Shown here: positions 1 through 56,132 of the stretch, one piece after another
How the letters are laid out: each line of letters opens with the position of its first letter
How positions within the stretch are numbered: the stretch's first letter is position 1
Origin: Mobula hypostoma
Taxonomy: Eukaryota
Reading direction: 5' to 3'
DNA length: 64,000 nucleotides
NCBI RefSeq assembly: GCF_963921235.1
Contig: NC_086108.1
Location: forward strand, 70,494,001-70,558,000
Made by a program: the position numbers and the translations under genes
Notes under the pieces: generated by a model
The model's database searches: none
What the model was told of the DNA's origin: nothing
Seen by the model: only the letters and a program-made list of their open reading frames with translations

Positions 1-880
1 TGAAGTTGGAAATGTAGGTAGCTTAGTATTTAAAAAGTTTCTAATTTGTAAATATCTGAAAAAATGAGATCTAGGCAAATATTTATTAGATAACTGTTCA
101 AAAGGCATAAAACAGCCATCCAAAAATAAATCACAAAAGCTTAATATACCTTTCATTTTCCATACCAACAAAGCTTGATCTATAACAGATGGTTGAAAGA
201 AAAAGTTAAATAGGGCTTGATAAAATAAATCGGTTCAAACCAAAAAATTTACCATATTCGTAGTGTATGTTTGATTATTGGATTAACCATTTGTTTATTT
301 AATTTAGAAAGTCCCTAAAATGGAAGTCAGAGAAAACCCTTGTACGGATTTACATTCCAGATTTACCCATTGTGGACTTAAAGTTATATCCAAATCTTGT
401 GTCCAAAATATTAAATATCAAATATTAATTGCCCAATAGTAAAGTCTAAAATTTGGCAATGCTAAACCACCATCCTTTTTAGACTTCTGTAAATAGTTTT
501 CACTTAATCTAGGATTTTTATTTTACCATATATATGAAGAAATTTTAGAATCTAAAGTATCAAAAAAGGATTTAGAAATGAAAATTGGTGATGCTTGAAA
601 CAAGTATAAAAATTTAGGTAGGACAATCATCTTAATAGCATTAATTTGACCAAGCATTGATAGAAACAATGGGGACCATTTAATAAACAATTGTTTAATC
701 TGATTAATTAAAGGTAAGAAATTATGCTTAAATAAATCCTTATGTTTCTCTAGTATTTTTAACACCCAGATAAGTAAAATAATCAGTAACCACTCTGAAT
801 GGTGAACATCTATAAATTGGAACATGCATATTTAAAGGAAAGAGTTCACTCTCATTAAGGTTCAATTTATAGCCAGCCTG
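1..880 (-). mobile_element. L1-clade LINE ORF2 fragment (degraded), in CC2D1B intron
   Basis: ORF 523..825 (KWSPLFLSMLGQINAIKMIVLPKFLYLFQASPIFISKSFFDTLDSKISSYIW) aligns by eye to ORF2 of the full-length L1 at 20810-26702 (KWFPLYLTLIGRTNAVKMFFLPKFLYVFQALPIFVPKSFFDKVDSKISSFIW). Confidence 0.85.
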
Positions 881-1049
881 CATTTTTTTTCTAACTGGGT
901 TAATAACATTCCAACCATAAAAGCATCAATTTTATCTTCTTACAGTAGGGTTAATCTGCAAGATTTTTTTATGCTTCATTGGGTATGGAGTAACAATTAT
1001 ATTGTTCTCTCCTTCGCACTTGTGTACAGGAAATGACATAAAATCATAA

Positions 1050-4000
1050 GACAAGAAGACATAGAGCAGAATTAGGTCACCCGCCCATCGAGCCTGTTCC
1101 ACCAATCATAGCTGATCCTTTTTTACCCTCCTCCTCTTCAAACCCAGCTCCCCGTAACCCTTGATGCCATGTCCAGTCAAGAACCTTTCAATCTCTGCCT
1201 TAAATATCCCCAATGACCTGGCCTTCACAGCTGCACGTAGCAACAAATTCCACAAATTCACCACCCTTTGGCTAAAGAAATTTCTCTGCACCTCTGTTTT
1301 GAAAGGGTGTCCCTCTATCCTGAGGCTGTGCCCTCTTGTCCTAGACTCTCCCTCCAGGGGAAACATCTTTTCCACATCTACTCTGTCTATGCCTCACAAC
1401 ATTCGAAAGGTTTCAGTGAGATCCTCCCATCCTTCTGAATTCCAGCGAGAGCCTCATATGATAACCCTTTCATTCCTTGTGAACCTCCTCTGGACCCTCT
1501 CCAATGCCAGCACAACTTTTCTAAGATGAGGGGCCCAAAACTGTTCACAATAGACAATAGGTGTAGGAGTAGACCATTCGGCCCTTCGAGCCAGCACCAC
1601 CATTCACTGTGATCTTGGCTGATCATCCACAATCAGTACCCCGTTTCTGCCTTTCCCCATATCCCTTGACTCCACTATCTTTAAGAGCTCCATCTAACTT
1701 TTTCTTGAAAGCATCCAGAGAATTGGTCTCCACTGCCTTCTGAGGCAGAGCATTCCATAGATCCACAACTCTTTGGGTGAAAAAGATTTTCCTCAACTCC
1801 GTTCTAAATGGCCTACCCTTTATTCTTAATACGTGGCCTCTGGTTCTGGACTCCCCCAACAACAGGAACATGTTTCCTGCCTCTAGCGTGTCCAATCCCT
1901 TCATAATCTTATATGTTTCAATCAGATCCCCTCTCATCCTTCTAAATTCCAGTGTATACAAGACCAGTCACCCCAATCTTTCAATATGTGACAGTCCCGC
2001 CATCCCGGGAATTAAACTCATGAACCTACGCTGCACTCCCTCAATAGCAAGAATGTCCTTCCTCAAGTTTGGAGACCAAAAATGCACACAATACTCCAGG
2101 TGTGGTCTCACCAGGGCCTGTACAACTGCAGAAAGACCTCTTTGCTCCTATACTCAACTCCCCTTGTTATGAAGGCCAACATGCCATTAGCTTTCTTCAC
2201 TGCCTACTGTACCTGCATGCTTACTTTCAGTGACTGATGAACAAGGACACCCAGATCTCGTTGTACTTCCCTTTTTCCTAACTTGACACCATTCAGATAG
2301 TAATCTGCCTTCCTGTTCTTGCCACCAAAGTGGATAACCCCACATTTATGCACATTAAACTGCATCTGCCATGCATCTGCCCACTCACCCAACCTGTCCA
2401 AGTCACCCTGCATTCTCATAACATCCTCCTCACATTTCACACTGACACCCAGCTTTGTGTCTTCTGCAAATTTGCTAACGTTACTTTTAATCTAGATACT
2501 CAAGGTGAGGCCTCACCAGTGCCTTATAAATCCTCAGCATCACATCCCTGCTCTTGTATTCTAGACATCTTGAAGTTAATGCTAACATGGCATTTGCCTT
2601 CCTCACCACTGACTCAACCTGCAAGTTAACCTTTAGGGTGTTCTGCACAAGAACTCCCACGTCCCTCTGCACCTCAGATTCCTGGATTTTCTCCCCGTTT
2701 AGAATATAGTCCGCACATTTATTTCTACTACCAAAGTGAATGACCATGCATTTTCCAACATTGTATTTCATTTGCCACTTTCTTGCCCATTCTCCTAATC
2801 AGACTATGTCGTTCTGTATTCTACCTATTTCCTCAAAACTACTTGCCCCCCACCAATCTTCATATCATCTGCAAACTTGGCAACAAAGCCACCAATTCTA
2901 TCATCTAAATCATTTATATACAGCATAAAAAGAAGTGGTCCCAACACCGACCCCTGCGGAATGCCACTAAGTCACTAGCAGCCAACCAGAAAAGGATCTT
3001 TTTATTCACACTCGCTGCCTCCTACCAACCAGCCAATGCCCTAACCATGTTAGTAACTTCCCTTTAATACCATGGGCTCTTAACTTGGTAAGCAGCCTCA
3101 TGTGTGGCACCTTGTCAAAGGCCTTCTGAAAGTCCAAATATACAATGTTCACTGCATCCCCTTTATCTATCCTACTTGTAATCTCCTCAGAGAATTGCAG
3201 CAGGTTCATCAGGCAGCATTTTCCCTGAAGGAAACCATGCTGACTTTGTACTATTTTGTCCTGTGTCACCAAGTACTCCATTACCTCATCCTTAACATCT
3301 GACTCTAACATCTTCCTAACCACTGAGGTCAGGCTAACTGGTCTATAATTTCCTTTCTGCTGCCTCCTTCCTTTCTTAAAGAGTGGAGTAACATTTGCAA
3401 TTTTCCCATCCTCTGGCAGTCCAATGATTTTTGAAAGATCATTTATAATGTCACCACAATCTCGAATGCTACCTCTTTAAGAACCTTAGGGTGCAGTTCA
3501 TCTGGTCCGGGTGACTTATGTAACTTCAGGTCTTTTAGTTTTTTCAGCACCTTCTCTCTTGTAACAGTAACTGCACCCACGTCAAATAGCTTTAACTTCC
3601 CATGTCAGCCATGGTTGTACATTTTACCATTTCAGTATTACTTCATTTTTGGAATACATAGGTCCTGCATCTTCCTCATTTTTCCCAGAATGCAAGCCAT
3701 TGCTGCTCTGTTGACATCCCTGCCAGCAGCTCCTTCTTATTTACTTTGGCCACCAACTCCTGTCTCATACCACTGTAATTTCCCTTACTACACTGAAATA
3801 CTGCTACATCAGACTTTACTTTCTCCCCATCAAATTTCAAGTTGAACTCAATCTTATTGTGATCACTGGCTCCCAAGGGCTCTTTTACCTTAAGCTAGCT
3901 GATCCCCTAGTAGGCTCAATGTCAAACTGCTCTAAAAAGCCATCTTGTAGGCATTCAACAAACTCACTCTCTTGAGATCCATTTCCAACCTGATTTTCCC

Positions 4001-4660
4001 AATTGAGCTGCATGTTGAAATCTCCAAGGACTGTCCCCGTTTGACACACCTTTTCTATTTCCTGTTGTAATCTGTGGCCCACCTCCCAACCACTACTGGG
4101 AGGCCTGTATACAACTGCCATCAATGTCCTTTACCCTTGCAGTTTCTTAACTCAACCCACAAGGATTCAACATCTTCGGATCCTAAGTCACATCTTTCTA
4201 CTGATTTGATGCCATTCTTTACCAGTAGAGCCTCACCACCCCCTCTGCCTACCTTCCTATCCCTCCGATATAACGTGTAACCTTGGACATTCAGCTCCCA
4301 ACTGCAACCAATCTTCAGCCACGATTCAGTGATGGCCACAACATCATACCTGGCAAATCCGTAATAGTGAAACAAGATCATCCACCTTATTTCTTATACT
4401 ACGCACATTTAGATACAACACCTTGAGTACCGCATTTGCTATCCTCTCTGATTCTGCATTCCTGATGTTTTGATACTCAGCATGCTGGCTGCAACTAAAT
4501 CCCAGCAGCTGCCTGCCCTTCCCGACAGTCTGACTGCACGTGATCTTTACTTTTTTTTTACCATCCTTCCTATCCTGAGTCCCTTCACTCCGGTCCTCAC
4601 CCCTCTGCCAAATTAGTTTAAACCCTCCCCAACAGTTCTAACAAACCTGCCCGCAAGAAT
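1050..4660 (-). mobile_element. CR1-clade LINE (endonuclease+RT remnants to 3' end), interrupted by a second CR1 at ~1551-2495
   Basis: Frameshifted ORFs with CR1 motifs: YDVVAITESWL, VVYRPP, GDFN, SDHN, QHGF, VYLDFQKAFDKVPH, YKALVRPHLEY, SRTRGHSLRI..FFSQRVVNLWN. Confidence 0.9.
1551..2495 (-). mobile_element. 5'-truncated CR1 LINE nested in another CR1
   Basis: A second complete CR1 3' end (WQMQFNV.KC, RRMRGDLIETYKIMKG, FFTQRVVDLWNALP). The host sequence ctgttcacaa|tactcaagg is split around it. Confidence 0.8.
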
Positions 4661-4689
4661 ATTAGGCAGGAAGCAATCTCGAGTCTTCA

Positions 4690-5340
4690 AACAGCGGCGC
4701 CGCTTATCTAATTGTGACATCATAAATATCTACTGGAGAGATCTTTAAAAGTTAGTTGAAAAATTAGTAGAACTTGTCCGAGGTTATTGCAAAACGTCAC
4801 GAGTTTCTAACACCACGTGCTTCACAAACAAACTGCACTGCAGTGAACCCACCCACAAGAGTGGGACTGGGAGTCTGGGGTAGACATGTCACCATGAGCT
4901 ACCCCTCCCGGTCTCGGGACGCGGTTTGAAACGCAGAGTCATCAGTCTCTCGGTGCTAACAAGTACTTACCTGTTTAGCTGCAGCTGCGCCCTGGCCTTT
5001 GGTCGCTTGTTTCTTTCTAGGTTTTGCAGTAAACATGGTATATCCAACAGGCGGCCGACACAGCCGTCAAGATGTTACTTTCAGGTGTAAATTAATTCAC
5101 TTCCTGAACCGAACACTGCAGGTGGGTCAGTCAGGAGCCAGCGCGAAGTTCAGGCCAGCGGTAGCCGGCGCGCCACCCTCACCCGAGCTCGGTCTGTCGC
5201 GTTCACGCAGACTCACAGCGGCCGCGGCTGCCGCTTTCCGGCCCACTCACTCCCAGTGCTCGATCGCTCGGAGAGGTGGCGGCGTGGCTCCGAGTCCGAC
5301 CGCTCAGCCTCGGCAGCTCCGCAAGTCCCTTGCATTTATT
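4690..5340 (-). promoter_or_regulatory. CpG-rich promoter/5' region of CC2D1B
   Basis: High CpG/GC density around the first coding exon. A possible non-coding exon donor (GA|gtgagt at ~5250) and acceptor (ctgcag at ~5116) are unverified. Confidence 0.65.
4971..5036 (-). CDS. CC2D1B: CC2D1B first coding exon (MFTAKPRKKQATKGQGAAAAKQ)
   Basis: ATG at 5036 in Kozak-like context (accATG), 22 codons, then a canonical CAG|gtaagt donor. The peptide resembles the N-terminus of human CC2D1B (..PRKGPQARGQGVAAAKQ). It lies downstream of ORC1 on the same strand, as in human. Confidence 0.85.
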
Positions 5341-5899
5341 TTCATTGACAGATCAAGGGGAAACTGTGACTTGCACTTATAATAATTCTCCCATGATTTA
5401 AAATATCCTCCACCGTCACAAAGCGTTTTAGAACCAGAGCTGTGAATACAGACATTTGTTTTGGAAACAAGTGCACATGTCGATTTCTCGCGGTAATTTC
5501 GGAGGCAGCAATGAACATTGTAATACGGCCAGGAAAAGAGTTCCCTGTTTTAGATAAACTTCCGTTCTTTTTCGGAAAAGTGCGTCTGTTTAGTATCCCA
5601 GAAAACTTCAACAGAGAACGCTAATACCAGCAGCAACGTTAGGTCAAAAGTGAAGAATTGTGTAAGCCACATTTTGCCAATCTTAAAATCTTTCTTTGCT
5701 GTTATTTCTCCCTCTAAACAGCAGAATAAAAGAAAAATGCGTAGAAAAAACATAATGCAGTTGTAACTATGCTGAAAAGAAAAACGGAAATCGAGCTTTC
5801 AAATAAAATCTCGAATAACTGCGGTTTAAAGGGACAGATAACGTCCATTGGACAGTTGGCTGCATAAAGAAAGAGATGTTTGACACAAGGTGTATTAGC

Positions 5900-6415
5900 T
5901 CCCCGGCTATGCAGAAAGCCATTCGTACGTTACCAATGACATGGTGAGGTGGATAGCGAGGGAGATTGTCAGAAGTTGCATTGTTGTATAGATTAGATGG
6001 AAATTTAGCGGATGGAATTTAATCCCCACAAACGCCAGGTATTGCATTCTGGGAACTCTAATGGTGGTGCGAAGACTTCTCCGGTGAATAGCAGGGTGCT
6101 GAGGAATGTGGGTAAAGAGAGGAATCGTGTAGTTCAAGTTCACAGGGAAGTAGAGAAGACATAAGGCATGTTTTCCTTCAAACCCCAGGGCATTGATTAT
6201 AAAAGTTAGTGTTGAGTTGCAGCTTCCCAAAACATTAGTTTAATATGTGCAGTGCAATTACTGTATCAAAGGAAAACTGGACAAAGTCGAGCAGGTTCAC
6301 CAGGATGTTACCTGAATTAGAGCCCTAATGAGGAGATCATTGGCGAGGCTACATTTGTTTACCTTGGAGTAAAGGAGGCTAAGAGACAATCTAATAGAGG
6401 TATATAAAGTTATAG
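5900..6415 (+). mobile_element. Old degraded CR1 3' fragment
   Basis: Residual similarity to CR1 3' motifs (e.g. aggaggctaagagacaatctaatagaggtatataaagttat, RRLRGDLIEVYK-like). Confidence 0.6.
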
Positions 6416-8930
6416 AGACATAGAAAACCTACCGCACAATACCGGCCCTGCGGCCCACAAAGCTGTGCCCAACATGTCCTTACCTTGGAAATTACCTAGG
6501 GTTACCCATAGCCCTCTAATTTTCTAGGCGCCATTTGTCACCAACTGAGACAAATCGGATAGAACCATCAATTCAGCTTGGCGAAACAACCCCGGAAAAC
6601 GTCGACCACTTTCCATACCTTGAAAGTCACCTCTCCTCCAATGTCGACCTTAATGACGAGATCCAACATCATCTTAAATGTGCTGGAACAGCTTTTGGAT
6701 GTTTCCGAACAAGAGTCTTTCATGATCGTGACATCCAAACAAACACCAAAATGTTAGTGTATAAAGCAGTGGTAATCCCAATGCTCCTGTATGCTTCAGA
6801 AACCCGGACAACATACTGACGACATCTGAAGGCACTTGAAAAGTTCCATCAATGCTGCCTTCGAAACATCTTAAATATCAGCTGGGAAGATAGAAGAACC
6901 AACGTCAGTGTGCTAAATGAAACAAAAACGACGAGCATTGAAGCCTACGTCATCAAGAACCGACTAAGATGGAGCAGTCATGTTGTTCGGATGGAAGACG
7001 AACGTCTCCCGAAACAGATCTTCTACTTCCAGCTTAAAGAAGGCAAATGTAAAAGAGGCAGACAACAGAAGAGATTCAAAGACGTCTTAAAAGCCAACAT
7101 CGACATCAACAATTGGGAAATCAATGCCAAGGACAGGAAACTCTGGCAAGACATCATCCGAGAAGGAACAGCAACTTTCGAAGCCAACAGATGTGCAGAA
7201 TTAGAAGAAGAGAGAAGAAAATGGAAAGAGAGGCAGCAACAACCAAAGCCCGATCTGCCATCTGGAACTACCTGTCCTGAATGCGGAAGAACTTTCAAAG
7301 CCAAGATTGGACTCATAAGCCACTGAGAGCCCATAAATAGATCAACGGAACGAAGACCATCATCCTCAACCTCAAGTGATAGCCACCACCACGACGATCC
7401 AGGAGTATCTTAGAAGACCCCTTCGTATTCGTCTCCACCACCGTCACTGGCCATTCCATGCACTTACCATTCTCTGCATAAAAAACTTAACCCTGACATC
7501 TCCTCTTGGAAGTATCTACTTTCAAGCACCTTAAAACTGTGCCCTCTCGTGCTAGCCATTCCAGCCCTGGGAAAAAGCCTGTGACTACCCACACGATCAA
7601 TGCCTCTCATCATCTTGCACACCTCCATCTGGTCACCTCTCATCCTCTGTCACTCTAAGGAAAAAAGGCTGCATTCACTCAACCTATTCTCATAAGGCAT
7701 GCTCCCCAATTCAGGCAACATCCTTGTAAATCTCTGCACCCTTTCTATGGCTTCCACATCTTCCTGTAGTGAGGAGACCAGAACTGAGCACAGTACTCCA
7801 AGTGGGGTCTGACCAGGGTCCTATACAGCTACAACTTTACCTCTCGGCTCTTAAACTCAACCCGATGATTTTTGAAGGCCAATGCACCTTGAGCCTTAAC
7901 CACAGAGTCAACCTGCACAGCAGCTTTGAGTGTCCTATAGACTCAACCCCAAATCCCCCTGATCCTCCACACTGCCAAGAGTCTCACCATTAATACTATA
8001 TTCCACCAAAATGAAAAACCTCGCTTATCTGGGTTGAACTCCATCTGCCACTTCTCAATCCAATTTTGCATCCTATCAATGTCCCGCTGTAACCTCTGAC
8101 AACCCTCCACACTATCCACAACACCCCCAACCTTTGTGTCATCAGCAAATTTACTAACCCATCCTTCCACTTCCTCATCCAGGTCATTTATAAAAATCAC
8201 GGAGAAGGGGTCTCCGAACAGATCCCTGAGGCACACCACTGGTCACCGACCTCCACGCAGAACATAACCTGTCTAGAACCACTCTTTGCCTTCCGTGGGC
8301 AAGCCAGTTCGGGATCCACAAAGCAATGTCCCCTTGGATCCCATGCCTCTTTACTTTCTCAATTAGCCTTGCATGAGGTACCTTGTCAAATGCCTTGCTG
8401 AAATCCATATACACTACATCTACTGCTCTACCTTCATCAATGTGTTTAGTCACATACTCAAAAAATTCAATCAGGCTTGTAAGGCACGACCCACCTTTGA
8501 CAAAGCTATGCTGACTATTCCTAATCATATTTTGCCTCTCCAAATGTTCATAAATCCTGCCTCTCAGGATCTTCTCCATCAACTTACCAACCACTGAAGT
8601 AAGACTCACCGGCCTATAATTTCCTGGGCAATCTCTACTCCCTTTCTTTAATAAGGGAACAACATCTGCAACCCTCCAATCCTCCAGGACCTCTCCCATC
8701 CCCATTGATAATGCAAAGATTATTGCCAGAGGCTCAGCAATCTCCTTCCTCGCCTCCCACAGTAGCCTGGGGTACATCCCATCCAGTCCCAGTGACTTAT
8801 CCAACTTGATGCTTTCCAAAAGCTCCAGCACATCCTTTTCCTTAATATCTACATGCACAAGCTTTTCAGTTCACTGTAAGTCATCCCTACAATTGTCAAT
8901 TTCCATAGTGAATACTGAACCAAAGTATTA
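6416..8930 (-). mobile_element. CR1 LINE (RT to 3' end), interrupted by an RTE at ~6530-7396
   Basis: ORF 8184..8858 has GNYRPVSLTSVVGKLMEKI, VYMDFSKAFDKVPH and SGVPQGSV. ORF 7943..8239 has SKFADDTK. The 3' end continues at 6416-6528. Confidence 0.9.
6530..7396 (+). mobile_element. RTE-clade LINE 3' portion nested in CR1
   Basis: Motifs TKMLVYKAVVIPMLLYASET and RLRWSSHVVRMEDERLPKQIFY, C-terminal Zn finger CPECGRTF..IGLISH, and a short (cca/cga)n tail. Confidence 0.85.
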
Positions 8931-10329
8931 TGAAGTATTATAGTGCATAGAGAGTAGGCAGGATCTTCTTCCCCACGGTAGTACATTGATGATACACTTT
9001 GGCTTTTGCGGCTTTCAAATAGTTTCAAGGTCACAGTTGCTGATTATTTATTTATTCCAGATTATTTCATTAACAAAATTTATATTTTCCATTTTCTGTG
9101 GTGGCATTTGAACTTGTGTCTCGGCATCTTGATTCCTACAATAATTTAACCAATTTGCAATTATACCCATGATGCACTGTAATGGTTATAACATGACCTA
9201 ATGAAGGTAAAAATCTGCAATCAACATCCAGCCCAGATTAGTCCTGGGGCCATGAGCAGACACTCTGAGCAAAGGTCTGATCCAGGATGACCCAATCCAA
9301 AGCTTTTTTTTAAATTATAATTTCAAATTATTTAAAAGTTCTTTATTTGCAAAAAAGAAAGCCTTCAGTGATCCCATGTGTGCAAAAATATTTCTAAAAT
9401 GTATTCTTCAAAGGCCAGCTCTGATATCAGCTTCATAAATTCCAAGGAAATCAACATAGCCATCACTCCTGATTTAAGACTTCAGGATTTTGCGTAACTT
9501 CTACTTCCAGAATTTGCAGTACAAAGTGAAGAGATCCTAAATTTTGTTCTGTATTCCAATTCCCACTTTTTTTCGCTTACTTCAAAGTTATCTTGTATTT
9601 ACCTCAATGGAAAACTTAGTTTTGTGGACAGCTTATAATGATGTTGGATGAATGGAAATGTGTGATTGAGGAGGGGATGATGTAAATACTAGAACCTATT
9701 CATTTACAGTTGACATCACCCTGTCTATTTGTACTATTCAGTGGCATTCCCTTCCGAGACTGACGATTTTCCATTTGTTTTGTGTGGAACTTGTGAATCA
9801 GTTACACAAGTGTACTTGCCATCAACTGAGATTTCATGGCAACTTAAGACAGATGCTTACGAACCCTTGTTTGGCTGAAAAGTAGGTTGGGTGGACATCT
9901 TGGAATTTTTTTTCTTGGCACCTTTAACTTTAAAAGTTTCATTTGGATTGTGTAGTTGATAAAACCCTCACTGCTTCCCAGCCACTTGCTAGTTTGAAAA
10001 ACTGACAATACAGCCTCTGTATGGATAAGATTCCGTCCTCCCAGTAATATATCATGTAAGATTAACCTTCTGAATCTTTCAGTCAACAAATGACTCCAAA
10101 CACCAATAATGTGGTAGCAGAACAGCTGAAAGAAAGCTTTCATTTTTGATTACTCAGTTTTGGCATAGCTAGGGGAAAAATTAAATAACCAACAAGACTA
10201 TACTGTTTTCATGCAGTATTAACTCAGGAACAAGTCACAATTGCTTGGTTAAAGGATAATGCACATTACAAGTAAACACGATGAACTGAGTTACATTTTT
10301 GTCTGAAAGCTTTAATATTTGCAGCCTTA

Positions 10330-10363
10330 TTTATTGAATAATCATAGTTGCTATTTCTTTATT
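10330..10363 (-). terminator. Candidate ORC1 polyadenylation signals (two AATAAA)
   Basis: tttatt on + at 10358-10363 and 10330-10335, 130-165 nt downstream of the ORC1 stop codon. Confidence 0.5.
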
Positions 10364-10495
10364 ATAAGAACTGCTCAAAATAAATTAGTAAAAACTTTGA
10401 AAACCTAATTTTGTTAAAAAAATTAATATTAAGAGTTAAAATAGTAACATACATTTCAGCATTCTGAATTTTCCACATTGCATAATATTTACAAA

Positions 10496-52753
<42,258 letters not shown>

Positions 52754-52939
52754 TTCGGGTGCAATGCGGTAAACTTAGATTTTTGAAAACACAAAATTGA
52801 CACTGTTCGTCAGTAAGAGTTGCAAATAACCTCAAATCAGACTTTGAAATTGGATTTTCGCTCGGCTGCGGAGAAAGTTAAAACTCTTAAATTAAAGCTC
52901 AAAACTGCAGCCGATTCATTTTAACTTTTTCGAACGAAC

Positions 52940-53040
52940 AGCTCGCAACTTTTCGCTACATTCTCGCGCCATTCCGGTCAGCTGGGGCGCGGCAAGGCAT
53001 TCTGGGTACATTGGGGGCGGGGGGAACCTGTCTCCAATTA
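52940..53040 (-). promoter_or_regulatory. Putative ORC1 proximal promoter
   Basis: E2F-like sites ttctcgcgcc (52961-52970) and ggcgcggcaa (52986-52995), ZNF143/Staf-like gcattctgggta (52997-53008), GC box (53011-53024) and ccaat (~53034). ORC1 is an established E2F target. Confidence 0.6.
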
Positions 53041-55439
53041 ACATAGAGGATAATTATCTATTCTGGTGAAGTCCCTGATCACCTCAAGAAAAACAGGTTG
53101 TTGGATTTTAAACAAGGATAAGAAAATAACAATACTTAAAACAAGACTAACTTTATACTGCCTGGCCTGCTGAATGTTTCCAGCGTTTGTTTTTATCCCT
53201 GACTCAGTGCCAAGTATGTTTTTTTTTGTTATTTGCAGTGGTTTATGATCATCATTTTGAAACTTTGGAACCTCGTGAATAAGGTTCCCACAGACTTGCT
53301 AGAACCCGCAATTTTCAACACTTTAACGTCCTTGTGTAAGATATTGTGTAGCTGACCTGCACATTCCTTGAGCCTGTGCTATGTCAATCCAATCCAACCA
53401 CCCTCCGTCTATCCATTCAGGGCCCCTCTCCCACATATACTTGAGGACATAGTTAACTCTGTTACTGCAATCTAAATTATGTCCACCTGTTATCACTGGG
53501 TTTGAAATGGATTGGATAATATCCTGTATAACTGAAGGTTTGTGTGCTATGTGCTCAACAATATGGAAATTAGCTCAGACATGTCCCTTTCCCGAGTAAA
53601 CAAAAACATCTGACTAGTTGCATCCAAATCAGTCTGCATTCATTCAGTTCCAAAGTGATAGAAAGAGGGGATTTGCTGTTTGAGAAACCATCTGGTATTA
53701 CTGAAAGAAATTAGAGAGAGGAAAACTGTGGGATAAAACAGCCATGGCAGAAAACTAAAAACGAAAGACTGTTGGAAATGCCCAATAGCTTAGTGCATGT
53801 GGAGAGATAAGAACTGGCCCTAGATCAGACAGCGTTTAGGAAGAGAGGGAAAATGAGTTACTATTGCAGCAGAACTGGCCAGTTCTGATTCAGGCAGAAA
53901 AGCAAGTTGCTCAAAGGCTGCAGCGTGCCCAGATGGAAGATAAGCTGTTGCTTCTCAAACTTAGATTGAGTTTTGGGGGAACAGTGAAAATGGCCACAGA
54001 AGGGTCAGAATGGAGGTGGGATGGAAAAATAGACTGGCAGGCAACTCAATGACATCTCCAGAGATTGAACAGTTAACTGCTTCGTGATGCACTCTTGTTT
54101 TCTTTCAAAATGATGTATCCATCCCTCCCACAACTTAAAAGCTAAGAATTAGCATCTTTCTCAAGTTTGCAATTCCAACCTGAATTGTAAACACAGTTTC
54201 ACTTTCTAGATATGCTGCCTGACCTACTGAATGCTTTCAACATTTTCTCATTTATTTTGAATTTAATTAAACAGCCTTCAATGAATTGACCAAAGGCTAC
54301 ACTAATGCATTGAAGGTGGTGGTAAGTTTCATCCTCAATACCTGCCTATACTGAGAGATGATCACCGAAATTTGCAAAATGATGCCTATTTTCAGGGTTT
54401 CACTGTGGACCTTAATTGTCAGAGGGCAAATTAGTGGAGGATCTTCTTCTGGCTTTCAAGATACTAGAAAAATATCATCAATGCAGTCTCTGAAAAATCT
54501 TCCAAAGTTACCGTAAGGTCAAGCAAATCAGTGTAAGTATTGTCCCCCAGGCCAACAACTTCTGGTATCAAGGCCATAGTTTCCCTCAGTCAGCCAGGTG
54601 GCAAGGCAAGTTATCTGCAGGTCCAATACCAGACTCCCAAAACAGTCACTCTCTTTGAGTTCTGTCATGGATAGTGATTACCAGGCAAACAGAGGAAAAG
54701 ATTCAAGTCTGTGCTCAGAGCCACCAGACAAAACACAAAGACACTCTAGGTATTGCCACCGCCTCATAGCTCTGGTGATCTTGGTAACTATATCTAGAAT
54801 TGACGACTGGTGGGAAAATCTAAGGGCATTAGTGATTCTCTGTTAGAGATCAGCTTCAAGTTCAAGTTTACTATCCTTCAACTGTACACATGTATACCGC
54901 CAAACGAAACCACGTTCCTCTGGACCAGGGTGCACAACACAGTACACAAAACACATTCAGTAATATTACCTCTAGTAAAATTAACAAATAATGAGGTGCT
55001 TTTGCGACACAAGTTAAAAGGTAAAGAGTAAGTACAACTCTAATGGCGCTTCATGGTGAGGACAGTGAACGGCTTCGTATGCACCAGGGATGTTTGTATA
55101 AACCAATTCGAATGTGTTCTCACCTCTGGTGGCGAAGACTACATGCTGATAGTGTGTAGGGAGGACTGTTTGGAAGTTCGCATGGCTGAAGTTGCCAGCA
55201 ACAATAAAGAAACCATTCTTTACTGTGTGTGTGGATTGCTATACAGCTCAGGCTGTGCTTCCCCAGCCAGCATCAGCATGGTGGTGGGGGTGGGGGTGGG
55301 GGGGGGGAAGAATGTATACAGCCATAATCACAATAGTACTAATCTCCCTCGGTAAATGGGAGTGCACATCCTCCACCACTAAGAACTCTGTCACAGGTGA
55401 ACTGTGAGTCGTTCACACAGCTGTTCTTATTGACGTAAC

Positions 55440-56045
55440 AAAAGCACCTCTCCTTCCTCAGGAGTCTGCGGAGGCTCAGCATGTCATCAAAACCTTGGCA
55501 AACGTCATAGATGTGTGGTGGAAAGTGTGCTGACTGGCTGCATTACAGCCTGGTATGGGAACACCAATGCTTTTGAGCGGAAACTCCTATGAAAGCTGGT
55601 GGTTTCGGCCCAGTACATCGCAGGTAAGTCCCTCCCAACTACTGGGCACATCTACATGAAACGCTGTTGCAGGAAAGCAGCATCCATCATCAGAGAGCCC
55701 CACCACCCAGGCCATGCTCTCTTCTCACTGCTGCCATCAGGGAGGAGGTACACAGCCTCAGGATTCACACCACCAGATTCAAGAACAGTTACTACTCCCC
55801 AACCATCAGGTTCTTGAACAAAGGATATAATTACACTCATTTAAGGCCACTTTTAACTTGTTATTTCATGCTCGGTATTTCTTGCTGATTATATTTATCT
55901 GCATTTGCAGTTTGTTGTCCATTGATCCTGTTTACAGTTACTGTTCTATAGATTTACTAAGTATGCCCGCAGAAAAAGAATCTTAGGGTTGTTGGTGGTG
56001 ACGTGTATGTACTCCGATAATAAATTTTCACTTTGACTTTGACTA
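55440..56045 (+). mobile_element. Rex1/Babar-like LINE 3' fragment (same family as 50460-51400, opposite orientation)
   Basis: HIYMKRCCRKAASIIREPHHPGHALFSLLPSGRRY and a (ctttga)n tail. Confidence 0.85.
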
Positions 56046-56132
56046 CATACACCTCCACCACAGGTCTTGCCAGAGAAGTGGCGAAAAAGAGCTAGCATCC
56101 ACTCAGAAAGCCTTTCTTCAATATCATGAGGA

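Noticed and set aside
4999-5382. 127-aa plus-strand ORF
   Set aside because: Antisense to the CC2D1B exon in a GC-rich island, with a non-ATG start and no recognisable homology.
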